Assembly (NCBI GenBank): GCA_045543255.1
Contig: JAZQMH010000109.1
Coordinates: 1-46,081 of the forward strand
Source: Vescimonas sp.
Lineage (GTDB): Bacteria > Bacillota > Clostridia > Oscillospirales > Oscillospiraceae
Length of the DNA: 46,081 nt
Direction: 5' to 3'
Under the pieces are notes generated by a model, which had not been told where the DNA came from, did no database searches, and saw nothing but the letters and a program-made list of their open reading frames with translations. Below are positions 26,954-36,760 of the stretch, piece by piece; within the stretch, counting starts at the first letter, position 1; each line of letters begins with the position of its first letter. Made by a program: the position numbers and the translations under genes.

Positions 26954-27654
26954 CGGCTGTGTTCAAGCGTGAAGTGCGGGCCTATTTCCAGTCTCCGCTG
27001 GGCTATGTGTTCATTGCGGTCATGTACTTCTTCACCGCCTATTATTTCTTTACCTATAACCTCTATAGCAACACGACGGATATGTCCATGTTGTTTGACC
27101 AGCTGTTCTCCGTGGTGCTGTTTCTCGTGCCCATTCTGACCATGCGTCTTATGAGCGAGGACAAGCGCTCCCGCACGGAGCAGCTTCTTCTGACTGCGCC
27201 TGTATCCCGCATCGGCATCGTGCTGGGCAAGTATTTCTCCGCCTTTTGCGTGTATCTGGTGGCGATCTCCGCCTCCTTGCTGATGGCGGTGGTGCTGTCT
27301 TTCTACGGTGAGCCCGATTGGCCCGTCATCATCGGTAATATTATCGGCTTGGTGCTGCTGGGCGCTTCCTTGATCGCCGTGTGTATGTTCCTCTCCTCCA
27401 TTACGGAGAGTCAGGTCATCGCCGCTGTGTCGGGCTTTGCCGTCAGCTTGCTGCTGGTGCTGATGGATGCCATGATCAACGTGGTGTCGGGTAAAGTGGT
27501 GCGCCAGATCTTCTCCTATATGTCTTTCAACGGACGCTACAACGGCTTTACCATCGGCATTATCGACTTTTCCAATGTGCTGTTCTTTGTGAGCATTGGG
27601 GCGCTGTTTATCCTTTTGACTGCGGCGGTGCTGGAAAAGCGCCGCTGGAGCTGA
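26950..27654 (+). CDS. ABC-2 type permease (GldF-like)
   Basis: FKRE..YFQSPLGY, PILTMRL.SED, LLTAP, VLGKY; six TM segments; overlaps ATPase stop. Confidence 0.88.
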   Translation: MTAVFKREVRAYFQSPLGYVFIAVMYFFTAYYFFTYNLYSNTTDMSMLFDQLFSVVLFLVPILTMRLMSEDKRSRTEQLLLTAPVSRIGIVLGKYFSAFCVYLVAISASLLMAVVLSFYGEPDWPVIIGNIIGLVLLGASLIAVCMFLSSITESQVIAAVSGFAVSLLLVLMDAMINVVSGKVVRQIFSYMSFNGRYNGFTIGIIDFSNVLFFVSIGALFILLTAAVLEKRRWS

Positions 27655-27667
27655 GGAGGTGGATACG

Positions 27668-29110
27668 ATGAAGAATGTAAACGGAAAGAAGATGAGCGCG
27701 CTGTTCGCCGTCATCATTGTCCTCTTGATCGTAGCCATGTTTTTGGTGAACACCGTGGCGCTGATCTTGTCCAACCGCTATCCTCTTGCGATTGATCTGA
27801 CGGCAAACGCCGCCTATGAGATCGGCGAGGAGACAAAGACGGTGCTGGACAGCCTCACGGAGGATGTGACCATTGATGTGCTGTCTACGGAGCAGTCTTT
27901 CGGCGGCGATCCCTATCTGGTGCAGGCCAAGTACATCCTTGACCGCTATCCCCAGTATTCCCCCCGTGTGACGCTGCGGTATATCGACTACGCCTCCGAT
28001 CCCAGCTATGCAGCCGGTCATCCCGATCTGACGCTGGCAGAGGGAGATGTGATCGTGTCAGCTAACGATCGGGTGAAGCAGATCGGCCTCACCTCCATGT
28101 TTAACTATACCTATACCGCCACCGGCTCTTTGGCAGTGGAGTCCTCCCGTGCCGAGGAGGCTATTACCGGTGCGATTTTGAACGTGCTGAGTGAAGAAGA
28201 TGTCCGTGTGGGCGTCATCACCGGTCACGGCGAGCAGGCCATGAGCAACTTTACGGCCCTGCTGGTGAACAACAACTACGTTCTCAATTCTGTGGTGGTG
28301 GCAACGGATGACCTTGCCGACTACGACGCGCTGCTGCTCCTTGCACCGCAGACGGATCTCTCCGAGGACGACGTCCGTGCCTTGGAACAGTATCTCTACA
28401 ACGGCGGCGAGTATGGCCGCACGCTGCTGTATACCGCCTCCGTTTCCCAGACGAGCCTCCCCAATGTGGAGACGCTGCTGGCAGAGTGGGGCGTGACGGT
28501 GGGCAGCGGTACGGTCTTTGAGACGAAGGCTGACCGCACTTACCAGTATCAGCCCTATTTCCCTGTGGCAGACCATGCCTCCCAGACCTATGAGGAGATG
28601 CTTATTGACGCCACGGCTCCCATGCTGCTGCCTGCGGCCCGTCCGCTGGAGGTGCTGTTTGAAAGTCGTGACGGGCAGTATACCGAAACACTGCTGACCT
28701 TTGCCGAGAGCGCCGGTGTCCGTCCTGCCGATGCAGGGGATGACTTTGTCACCGATGATGCCCAGCAGTGGGGCCCTATGTCTGCCATGGTGCTGGCAAG
28801 CCGCCGCGTGTATGAAAACGGCGCGTTGGCAAAGCAGTCCTCCATCATCGTCTCGGGCTCTACCGCCATGCTGGAGGAGCTGTGTCTGCAGAATTCCTCG
28901 CTGGCCAACAGTCCCTATATGGTGAATCTTTTCAACGACCTGACCGATAAGGAAGAGGGCGTTGTCATCGAGCCGAAGTCTCTGGCGGGTAAGACCTTGG
29001 GTATTACCACGGCACAGGTGACGCGGCTGGGCGTGATCCTCGGTGGCGTGATCCCCATGGCGATCCTGCTTTGCGGCGTGGGCGTGTGGCTGTATCGGAG
29101 GTATAAGTAA
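27668..29110 (+). CDS. GldG-like ABC transporter auxiliary component
   Basis: N-terminal TM, IDLT, EEAIT.AI, TGHGE, AP.TDLS, YL..GG, C-terminal TM followed by YRRYK. Confidence 0.82.
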   Translation: MKNVNGKKMSALFAVIIVLLIVAMFLVNTVALILSNRYPLAIDLTANAAYEIGEETKTVLDSLTEDVTIDVLSTEQSFGGDPYLVQAKYILDRYPQYSPRVTLRYIDYASDPSYAAGHPDLTLAEGDVIVSANDRVKQIGLTSMFNYTYTATGSLAVESSRAEEAITGAILNVLSEEDVRVGVITGHGEQAMSNFTALLVNNNYVLNSVVVATDDLADYDALLLLAPQTDLSEDDVRALEQYLYNGGEYGRTLLYTASVSQTSLPNVETLLAEWGVTVGSGTVFETKADRTYQYQPYFPVADHASQTYEEMLIDATAPMLLPAARPLEVLFESRDGQYTETLLTFAESAGVRPADAGDDFVTDDAQQWGPMSAMVLASRRVYENGALAKQSSIIVSGSTAMLEELCLQNSSLANSPYMVNLFNDLTDKEEGVVIEPKSLAGKTLGITTAQVTRLGVILGGVIPMAILLCGVGVWLYRRYK

Positions 29111-30534
29111 TGAAAAAACTTCTCCGAATTTTGTTGGCAGAAGTCATCGTCGTTGCCATTTTGGCGGTGGCGCTGGTGGTGCTGATTTTGAACCCTGTAA
29201 AAAGCGAAGCAGAAAGCTATGTGCTCTCCTCCCGCAACGCTACGGAAATTGCCGCCGTTCATGTGGAACATGAGGCGGGTGCCATCGACGTAAAGACCCA
29301 AGACGGCGGCTTCCTGGTGGAAGGTGTCCCTGCTGAATTGATGGACGTGGATCTGTTCATCGAGTTTTTGACGGCCTGTTCCGAGGTCAATGCCCTGCAG
29401 AAAGTGGATGCCAAGGGCAAGGATCTGGCGGATTTCGGCCTCTCTCCCTGTCAGGCTTGGGTTCTCGTGACCTATACCGACGGTGAGGAACTGAGCCTTG
29501 AACTGGGCAACGTGGAGCCCCTGTCGGGGAACTATTACTGCGCGGTGGAAGGCGAGAAGGATATTTACCTCATCAGCGGCGAAACGGCTGCGTTCTATCA
29601 GATGGTGAAGGAGGACTTCATCTCCTTCTATGTGACCCCTGAACTGGCGGTGTCCAGCGCGCTGTCCGCAGTGCGTGATGTGACCTTCAGCGGTGGGCCT
29701 TTGGCAGAGCCTGTCACCATCGAGTCTGTGAGTGCTGGCGATGAGGAAGTGCGGCAGCTTGCCCGTTCTTTCGGCGCGGCGACCCATATTGTCCGCGGCA
29801 ACGGCGTGTATGAGCTGGATCAGAGCTACGGCCTTGAGATGCTGACACCGCTGTGCGGTATGCAGGGTGCTTCCATCGTGTATTATGCCCTTACGGCTGC
29901 GCAGGAGGATGAGCTGGGCTTTGCCGATCCCTATATGCAGGTGGAATTCGACTACAAGAACGGCACAGAGGCGGCAGAGCATTTTGTGCTGCGCTTCCTG
30001 CCTGCGGTGGAGGATGGTACGTTCTTCTATGTTAACGCGGCAGGCAGCGGCATGGTGTATGTCATCGAGCGCCCTGCTTTCATGGACATGGTCTATGAAA
30101 AGCTGCTGCTGCGCTGGTTCGTCTCCCCCTTGCTGATGGATGTGGAGGGGATCACCGTGGAAAGCGGCGGTAAGACCTACGATTTCACCGTGGATCATAC
30201 CGATGCCAAGAATCCTGTGGCTGCCCTCAACGGCGAGACGGTGGATATTGCCCTGTTCCGCAGTTTGTTCCAGCTGTTTAACAGTGCCGCCAGTGACGGC
30301 GAGTATCTGAATGTGCAGCCCGTCCCGTCCGCTGCCCCCGTGATGAAAATTACGTATCATTATACCGAAGGTAAGGCCGACGATGTGCTGGCGCTGTACG
30401 CAGGCGGCACACGGCGTGTGAATGTGTACGTCAACGGCGTGTGCGAGTTCGCCATGAAGGACGCCTACGTTGAACGCGTAAATCAGGCCCTTAGCGCCAT
30501 CCAAAAGGGCGAGAGCTTCGATATCAACTGGTAA
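29110..30534 (+). CDS. DUF4340-like membrane-anchored extracellular protein
   Basis: N-terminal anchor, repeated L..FGL..P / LGFADP motif, LELGN....GNYY; usual position after GldG-like gene. Confidence 0.7.
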   Translation: MKKLLRILLAEVIVVAILAVALVVLILNPVKSEAESYVLSSRNATEIAAVHVEHEAGAIDVKTQDGGFLVEGVPAELMDVDLFIEFLTACSEVNALQKVDAKGKDLADFGLSPCQAWVLVTYTDGEELSLELGNVEPLSGNYYCAVEGEKDIYLISGETAAFYQMVKEDFISFYVTPELAVSSALSAVRDVTFSGGPLAEPVTIESVSAGDEEVRQLARSFGAATHIVRGNGVYELDQSYGLEMLTPLCGMQGASIVYYALTAAQEDELGFADPYMQVEFDYKNGTEAAEHFVLRFLPAVEDGTFFYVNAAGSGMVYVIERPAFMDMVYEKLLLRWFVSPLLMDVEGITVESGGKTYDFTVDHTDAKNPVAALNGETVDIALFRSLFQLFNSAASDGEYLNVQPVPSAAPVMKITYHYTEGKADDVLALYAGGTRRVNVYVNGVCEFAMKDAYVERVNQALSAIQKGESFDINW

Positions 30535-30575
30535 TAACATACAGAATCCTGTCAGTGGAATCGGCGAAAATAACC

Positions 30576-30604
30576 TTGCTTTTAATAGTGAATTTTGATA
30601 CAAT
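30576..30604 (+). promoter_or_regulatory. Putative promoter for Gfo-isomerase-ABC importer operon
   Basis: TTGCTT-17 bp-TACAAT with TG extension. Confidence 0.55.
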
Positions 30605-30668
30605 ATCAGTGACTATGTTTAGGTGCAAAATGGACTGAATCTTTCCATTTTTGTAGGAGGAATATGCC

Positions 30669-31790
30669 GTGAGCGAGAAGAAATTGAAGGTTGCCATTAT
30701 TGGCTGCGGAATGATCACCAATGCCGCGCATATTCCCGCCTATCGCAATTTGGGCGACAAGGTGGACTTGGTGGCGGTATGCAGCGCCAGCGCCGCCTCT
30801 GCCCAGCAGACGGCCATGCGCCACGGTATCCCCAACTGGTATACCGATGCCGAGGAGATGCTGCAGAAGGAGAAGCCCGATCTGGTGTCCGTCTGCACCC
30901 CCAACGCTCTCCATAAGGAGATGACCATGCTGGCCCTGTCTTACGGCGCCCATGTGGCCTGCGAGAAGCCTGTGGCCTTCACCTATGCCGACGCCAAGGA
31001 GATGTACGCGTATGCCGAAAAGCAGAACCGTGTTCTCTTTGCCTGTCAGGTGGTGCGCTATAACCCCGAGTATCAGTTCGCCAAGGAGATGATGGACGAG
31101 GGTGTGCTGGGAGATGTGTATTTCTCCGAGTTCTCTCTCATTCGCCGCCGCGGCGTGCCCACATGGGGCGCGTTCCACCGCAAGGATGCCAATGGCGGCG
31201 GCGTGCTGTGTGACTTGGGCGTGCATCTTATCGATGCGGCCCTGTGGGTCATGGGCGGCCCCGAATTTGTCTCCATCTCCGGTACGGCCTCTTCCCACAT
31301 TGCCCGCAATGAGCAGGGCGTGCTGACGAGTCTGGCAGAGAGCGGTGCCCCCGCCGGTGTGTTTAACGCCAAGAAGTACTCCCCCGAGGAGTTCGAGGTG
31401 GAGGAGTTTGCCGCCGGCAATCTCCGTTTGGCCAACGGCTGCTGCATCAATTTCAAGACCTCTTGGGCGGTGAATCTGCCGCCGGAGTATTCCATGTCCT
31501 TTGCCGGTAGTAAGGCAGGTCTGCTGCTGCCGAAGATGGAGCTGCTGTCCACCATGGGCAAGTATCAGACCAATGTGCAGCCCCGCCTCTTCCCCGAGGA
31601 GGATCGTTTCGCCAAGGAGGCGTTCCCCGGCCATTCCTATCTCTTTGAAAATGCCGTGGATCATATCCTGACGGGCTCCCCCCTGGCAGTGAAGCCGGAG
31701 GAGACGCTGCGTGTGGCGGCCATTATTGACGCCTTCTATCTCTCTGCCGCGGAGAACCGCGAGGTTCGCGCCGAGGAGATCCTGAAGTAA
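30669..31790 (+). CDS. Gfo/Idh/MocA family oxidoreductase
   Basis: IIGCGMI, VCTPNALH, ACEKP, RRRGVPTWG, GGGVLCDLGVH; GTG start after AGGAGG. Confidence 0.92.
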   Translation: MSEKKLKVAIIGCGMITNAAHIPAYRNLGDKVDLVAVCSASAASAQQTAMRHGIPNWYTDAEEMLQKEKPDLVSVCTPNALHKEMTMLALSYGAHVACEKPVAFTYADAKEMYAYAEKQNRVLFACQVVRYNPEYQFAKEMMDEGVLGDVYFSEFSLIRRRGVPTWGAFHRKDANGGGVLCDLGVHLIDAALWVMGGPEFVSISGTASSHIARNEQGVLTSLAESGAPAGVFNAKKYSPEEFEVEEFAAGNLRLANGCCINFKTSWAVNLPPEYSMSFAGSKAGLLLPKMELLSTMGKYQTNVQPRLFPEEDRFAKEAFPGHSYLFENAVDHILTGSPLAVKPEETLRVAAIIDAFYLSAAENREVRAEEILK

Positions 31791-31820
31791 AAAATTGACT
31801 GAAACGAAGGAGAATGTGGT

Positions 31821-32765
31821 ATGAAAGTAGGCCTGTATTCCATTTCCTGTTCCGGCACGTGGTTTAACGATCGCCCTGCCCTGACGGTGGAGGAGTTTAT
31901 CGACACTGCCAAGAAGTATGGTTACGACGGCGTTGAGATCGATCTCAAGCGCCCCCACGGTTCCCCTCTCGATCTGGACGAGAAGCGCTGCAAGGAAATC
32001 CGCGAGTATGCGGCAAAGCAGGGTCTCGAGATCTGTGCAGTGGCAGCCAACAACAACTTTGCCTCCATCGTGCCCGAGCATATCGAGAACGAGCTGCTGA
32101 TGGTGCGTGAGCAGATCCGTGTGGCCAAGCAGCTGGGCGCGCCCGTGCTGCGTGTGTTCGCCTGCTGGCGCGGTATCGTCATGAAGGACGGCGTTGCCAC
32201 CTATGAGATCACCGGCAAGCATCACACCTTCTATGGCGCGCTGGATCATGAGCTGCGTCTGAGCATCGTCAAGTGCTTGAAGGAGTGCGCCAAGTGGGCC
32301 GAGGAGGCCGGCGTGGTGCTGGCCCTGCAGAACCATCATCCTGTTATCGATGAGTACACCGATATGCTGGATCTGGTGAAGTGGGTGGATTCCCCCTGGG
32401 TCAAGTGCTGCCTGGATGCCCCCTGCTGCGGCTGGACGGAGAAGCGTCAGAGCGACGAGTATATCACCAAGGCGGTGCACGATGTGGGTGATCTGCAGAT
32501 GCTCAGCCATGCCAACGCCGAGTTTGTGGAGCATGAGGATGGTTCTATCAACATGATCTCCTTCGACCCCCATATTCAGCCTGTGCTGACCAACTATCCC
32601 GCCTTCATCAAGGCCTTGAAGGAAACGGGCTATGATGGCTATATCAACTATGAGTTCTGCCATATGCCCTTCCAGAACGGCAAGGTGTTGGGCTACAACG
32701 ACTACATTGAAGATCAGATCCGCATTGCTCAGAAGTATTTCCGCGGCCTGATCGAAAACGCCTGA
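31821..32765 (+). CDS. Sugar phosphate isomerase/epimerase (AP endonuclease 2 TIM barrel)
   Basis: GYDGVEI, LRVFA, LALQNH, CLD, GYDGYINYE pattern. Confidence 0.85.
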   Translation: MKVGLYSISCSGTWFNDRPALTVEEFIDTAKKYGYDGVEIDLKRPHGSPLDLDEKRCKEIREYAAKQGLEICAVAANNNFASIVPEHIENELLMVREQIRVAKQLGAPVLRVFACWRGIVMKDGVATYEITGKHHTFYGALDHELRLSIVKCLKECAKWAEEAGVVLALQNHHPVIDEYTDMLDLVKWVDSPWVKCCLDAPCCGWTEKRQSDEYITKAVHDVGDLQMLSHANAEFVEHEDGSINMISFDPHIQPVLTNYPAFIKALKETGYDGYINYEFCHMPFQNGKVLGYNDYIEDQIRIAQKYFRGLIENA

Positions 32766-32867
32766 GAAATTCGGGCGACAGCTTCGAAAGAAGCAATTCA
32801 TGACGATAATTAAGGGGATGGAAGACCCTTGGTTATAAAAAAACAAAATCTTTTAGGAGGAAATGAC

Positions 32868-33971
32868 ATGAAAAAGTTCCTGGCACTGGTCCTGGCTCTG
32901 ATCATGGCTCTGGCTCTGGTTGCTTGCGGCGAGAAGGCTCCCGTTGACGATCAGGCAGGCGCCGATGATGGTGCAGAGGTTAAGACCGAACTTAAGCTCG
33001 CTTCTCATAATGCTATTATTGAGGGCAACCCCTACCGCGTCCGTTACGAGGCTGACATTCAGGAGGCTGCTGCTGCTGCCGCCGATCACGGTCTGAATGT
33101 TTCCTACGCTTCCTTCGTCTCCAACTGGGACGCCGCTACCGAGTCTCAGCAGATCGAGAACTCCATCAACGAGGGTTACGACATCATTCTGGTTGACCCC
33201 GTTTCTTCCACTGGTCTGGATCCCATCATTGAGAAGGCTCAGGAAGCCGGCATCGTCTACATCAATGCTGACTGCGAGTACACCTCTACCGACGTCAACG
33301 TTCTGAACATCTCCGCCGACCAGTACCTGCTGGGCTATGATACCGCCAAGTACGCCGGTGAGGTTCTGGGCGAGGGCGCTAAGGTCATCATGATCGCTGC
33401 TCTGGACGGTAACTCCGCCAACACCGACCGTCAGGCCGGCTTTGAGAAGGGCATCGAGGAGACCGGTCTGGTCGTCGTCGGTGGTCAGTACAACCATGAC
33501 TGGGATGCCGTTAAGGCTCAGCAGATCATGACCGAGATCCTGAACTCCGGTCTGGAGTTCGACGGCATCCTGATCTCTCAGTGCGCTGAGGCCGCTCTGG
33601 CTGCTTACGACGCCGCTGGCGCCGAGTATCCCAAGTTCATCGGCTTCAACGATACCGGTGACTTCATGAGCCGTATGCTCGAGCTCAACAAGGACGGCAA
33701 GGTCATGGACTTCTATGTCCAGTCCAACACCCCCGGCGTTGGTGCTAGCGCTCTGAACTTCGGTCTGAACATGATCATGGGCAAGGAGCTGAAGGATGAT
33801 GTCTACACCATCCCCGAGATCCACGCTATCCGCCTGCCCTGCAAGATGGCTTACACCTATGACAACATCGCTGATGCTGACTTCATCGAGCAGGCCACTA
33901 CCCTGGCTCCCGGTGATGCTCTGACCTGGTGGCTGACCATCGACGAGGTTGCTGCTGAGTACTTCAAGTAA
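32868..33971 (+). CDS. Sugar ABC transporter substrate-binding lipoprotein (RbsB-like)
   Basis: LVAC lipobox, DIILVDP, R..GF; strongly biased codons; RBS AGGAGG. Confidence 0.9.
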   Translation: MKKFLALVLALIMALALVACGEKAPVDDQAGADDGAEVKTELKLASHNAIIEGNPYRVRYEADIQEAAAAAADHGLNVSYASFVSNWDAATESQQIENSINEGYDIILVDPVSSTGLDPIIEKAQEAGIVYINADCEYTSTDVNVLNISADQYLLGYDTAKYAGEVLGEGAKVIMIAALDGNSANTDRQAGFEKGIEETGLVVVGGQYNHDWDAVKAQQIMTEILNSGLEFDGILISQCAEAALAAYDAAGAEYPKFIGFNDTGDFMSRMLELNKDGKVMDFYVQSNTPGVGASALNFGLNMIMGKELKDDVYTIPEIHAIRLPCKMAYTYDNIADADFIEQATTLAPGDALTWWLTIDEVAAEYFK

Positions 33972-34007
33972 GATACGAAACAGCTGCTTTTGAGTTGTAA
34001 ATGACCG

Positions 34008-34046
34008 CTTGGCCGGCGGAATAGTTCTATTCCGTCGGCCAAGTTT
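34008..34046 (+). terminator. Hairpin after substrate-binding protein gene (partial terminator or stabiliser)
   Basis: CTTGGCCGGCGGAATAG/CTATTCCGTCGGCCAAG 17-bp inverted repeat with one G-U pair, followed by TTTCGTT. Confidence 0.7.
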
Positions 34047-34178
34047 CGTTACGGAATTGGTTCGATTTTTCGAACTCCGGAAAAGTGTCCCTCACCAAGG
34101 AGAGAGGCAGTTTTGCGGAAAAACTTGCAAGAAAAAGAGAAAACATAGAAATTTCAACAAGCAGGAGGAGAGACTTTC

Positions 34179-35675
34179 ATGTTTGAGTTACGCGCAATCG
34201 AAAAACGGTTCGACGCAGTTGTGGCTTTGAACGGTGCCCATCTGCAGGTCCAGCCGGGTGAGATTCGCGCACTGCTGGGTTCTAACGGCTCCGGTAAGTC
34301 CACCATGATCAAGGTGCTGGCGGGATTGGTCAATCCCAACAGCGGCGAAGTGCTGATCGATGGTGAGCCGGTGAAGATCCTGAACGGTCAGGTTTCCCGT
34401 AAGCTGGGAATCGCCACCGCTTTCCAGGATCTGAGTTTGATCCCCACCATGAGTGTGCGCGACAACATTTTGCTGGGCAACGAGCCTCGCAACAAATTCG
34501 GTATGGTGGACAAGAAGGCCGCCGACGAGCTGATCGACTCGCTGCTGAAGCGTTTTAAGATCGACTGCGATCCCGACGCCTATGTGCAGACGCTGATGCC
34601 CTCTGTCCAGACCATGCTGGAGGTGGCAAAGGCTGTGGCGCTGAAGCCCCGTCTGCTGCTGCTGGACGAGGTGACCGCCTCTTTGCACTACGATGAGATC
34701 GAGGTACTCTTCTCCGTTATGCGTGAGCTGAAGGAAGAGGGCGTGGCCATGCTCTACGTGACCCACCGTATGAACGAGGTGTTCCAGGTGTGCGACACCA
34801 CCACCATCATGCGCAGCGGTGAGACCGTCACCGAGGGCAAGATGTCCGACTTCACGCTGGACGACATCGTCTACTACATGACCGGCCAGCGCCCCGAGGC
34901 AGATGCCGCCGGCAGCGGTGAGCATCATGTGGAGGAGAAGGAAGAGGATGTCGTGCTGGATGTCAAGGGCATGACCGTGTTCCCCAAGGTCCGCGATCTG
35001 TCCATGCGTGCTTACAAGGGTGAGATCGTCGGTATCGGCGGTCTGCAGGGTCAGGGTCAGTCCGAGTTCATCCGTGCCCTGCTGGGCGCTGAGGTGATCG
35101 AGGACGGTACCGTGGTCTATGACGGCAAGGAAGTGAAGTTCACCTCTCCCACCCAGGCGGTGGCAAACGGTATGGGCTTTATCTCCGGTGAGCGTAACCG
35201 CGAGGCTATGTTCCCCCTGCGTACCATCGAGGAGAACATTCTTGCCGGTAAGGTGGCCAAGGGTAAGCTCTTTGCCGATATGCGTCCCAAGGACAACCAC
35301 GCCTTTGCCAACGACGCTGTGGAAAAGTACAGCATCAAGATCGGTGATCTGCGCCATCCTGCCAACTCTCTGTCCGGCGGTAACCAGCAGAAGCTGGTGG
35401 TTGCCCGCTGGATCGCCATGAATCCCAAGCTGCTGCTGCTGGATGACCCCACCAAGGGCGTGGATATCCACTCCCGTCAGGAGATCCACCGCATCCTGCG
35501 TCAGTGCGCCGATGAGGGCATGACCGTCATCATCTCCTCCAGTGAATCTGAGGAGCTGCTGAGCGTATCTGACCGCATTTATGTGTTCTATGAAGGTGCT
35601 GTCAGCGCTGTTTTGGCAGGCGAGAACAAGACCCCCGAGGCGCTTGTGGCTGCCATGATGGGCATGACGGAATAA
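34179..35675 (+). CDS. Sugar ABC transporter ATP-binding protein (RbsA/MglA-like, two ABC domains)
   Basis: GSNGSGKST, LLDEVT, THRMNE, LSGGNQQK, DDPTKGVD. Confidence 0.94.
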   Translation: MFELRAIEKRFDAVVALNGAHLQVQPGEIRALLGSNGSGKSTMIKVLAGLVNPNSGEVLIDGEPVKILNGQVSRKLGIATAFQDLSLIPTMSVRDNILLGNEPRNKFGMVDKKAADELIDSLLKRFKIDCDPDAYVQTLMPSVQTMLEVAKAVALKPRLLLLDEVTASLHYDEIEVLFSVMRELKEEGVAMLYVTHRMNEVFQVCDTTTIMRSGETVTEGKMSDFTLDDIVYYMTGQRPEADAAGSGEHHVEEKEEDVVLDVKGMTVFPKVRDLSMRAYKGEIVGIGGLQGQGQSEFIRALLGAEVIEDGTVVYDGKEVKFTSPTQAVANGMGFISGERNREAMFPLRTIEENILAGKVAKGKLFADMRPKDNHAFANDAVEKYSIKIGDLRHPANSLSGGNQQKLVVARWIAMNPKLLLLDDPTKGVDIHSRQEIHRILRQCADEGMTVIISSSESEELLSVSDRIYVFYEGAVSAVLAGENKTPEALVAAMMGMTE

Positions 35676-35692
35676 GAAAGGAGGACAACGAA

Positions 35693-36760
35693 ATGTTAAA
35701 AGTGAAAAATTCTCTGCAGCGTTTCCGTCGCTCTCCCGCCTTTGCCGGCTGCATTCTGTTCGTTATCGCACTGGTTCTGAACGCCCTGCTGCAGGGCCCC
35801 TCCTTCTTTACCATCAGAAGTATCAACACCCTCTTTGCCAAGAACGTCCCCTTCATTCTGGTGACTATGGGTCAGGCCCTGCTGCTGATGTCCGGTACTA
35901 TGGACATCTCCTGCGGCGTGCAGGTGGCACTGGTGAACGTGGTGACCATCATGACCGGTCAGGTGTGGGGTCTGCCTTTCCCCGTCTGCTGCGTGCTGGG
36001 TATCATCGCTGCCATGATCGCCTCCGTGGCCTGCTGGGTTTGCTGCTCCGTGTTCCGTCTGCCCGCTCTGCTGGCCAGCTATGCCCTTACCTTTGCCATT
36101 AAGGGCGTGAACGTTATGATCATGGACGTACCTCAGGGCAAGGTGGAGAAGGTCTTTTATAAGGCCTATGACTCCCAGATCTTCGGCATTATCCCTGTGT
36201 CTGCACTGGCACTGGTGCTGGTGCTGGTGATTTGGCTCTATGTCAAGCGCACCAAGTTCGGCTCCCACATCTATGCCGTGGGTGCCAATCCCCGTAATGC
36301 ATTCGCTGCCGGTATCAGCCCCTCCGGCGTACAGTTGAAGGCCTTCCTGCTGAAGGGTCTGTTCACCGGTATCGCCGGTGTGTGCCTGACACTGATGATC
36401 GCCTCCGGTAACCCCCTGCAGGCCGAGGACTACGGTATCCGTTCCCTGTCCGCCTGTATTCTGGGCGGTCTGGGCTTCGGTGGTTGGGGCAATGTGTCCT
36501 GCGGTGTGTTCGGCGCAGGATTCTACGTCCTCATTCAGAACTCCGTGTACTACTTCTTCTCCCTGCTGGCTAAGACCATCCCCGGCTTCGCCGTCAGCAG
36601 CTATTGGCAGAACTTCGTCACCGATATTATCGTCTTCCTTGGTCTGCTGATGACCATCGTTACCGCTAAGGGCCAGCGTGAAGCACTCAAGGCCGGTATC
36701 GTCCGTCAGTTCAAGCGTGAAGAGCTCAAGGTCGAGGAGAAGGGAGGGGAGAACGCATGA
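35693..36760 (+). CDS. Sugar ABC transporter permease (RbsC-like)
   Basis: SGTMDISCG, TKFGSHIYAVGAN, ACILGG; multi-TM. Confidence 0.9.
   Translation: MLKVKNSLQRFRRSPAFAGCILFVIALVLNALLQGPSFFTIRSINTLFAKNVPFILVTMGQALLLMSGTMDISCGVQVALVNVVTIMTGQVWGLPFPVCCVLGIIAAMIASVACWVCCSVFRLPALLASYALTFAIKGVNVMIMDVPQGKVEKVFYKAYDSQIFGIIPVSALALVLVLVIWLYVKRTKFGSHIYAVGANPRNAFAAGISPSGVQLKAFLLKGLFTGIAGVCLTLMIASGNPLQAEDYGIRSLSACILGGLGFGGWGNVSCGVFGAGFYVLIQNSVYYFFSLLAKTIPGFAVSSYWQNFVTDIIVFLGLLMTIVTAKGQREALKAGIVRQFKREELKVEEKGGENA

Noticed and set aside
25982-29110. Gliding motility function for Gld-like genes
   Set aside because: No other gliding or type IX secretion genes and the host appears to be a Firmicute; the name reflects family homology only.
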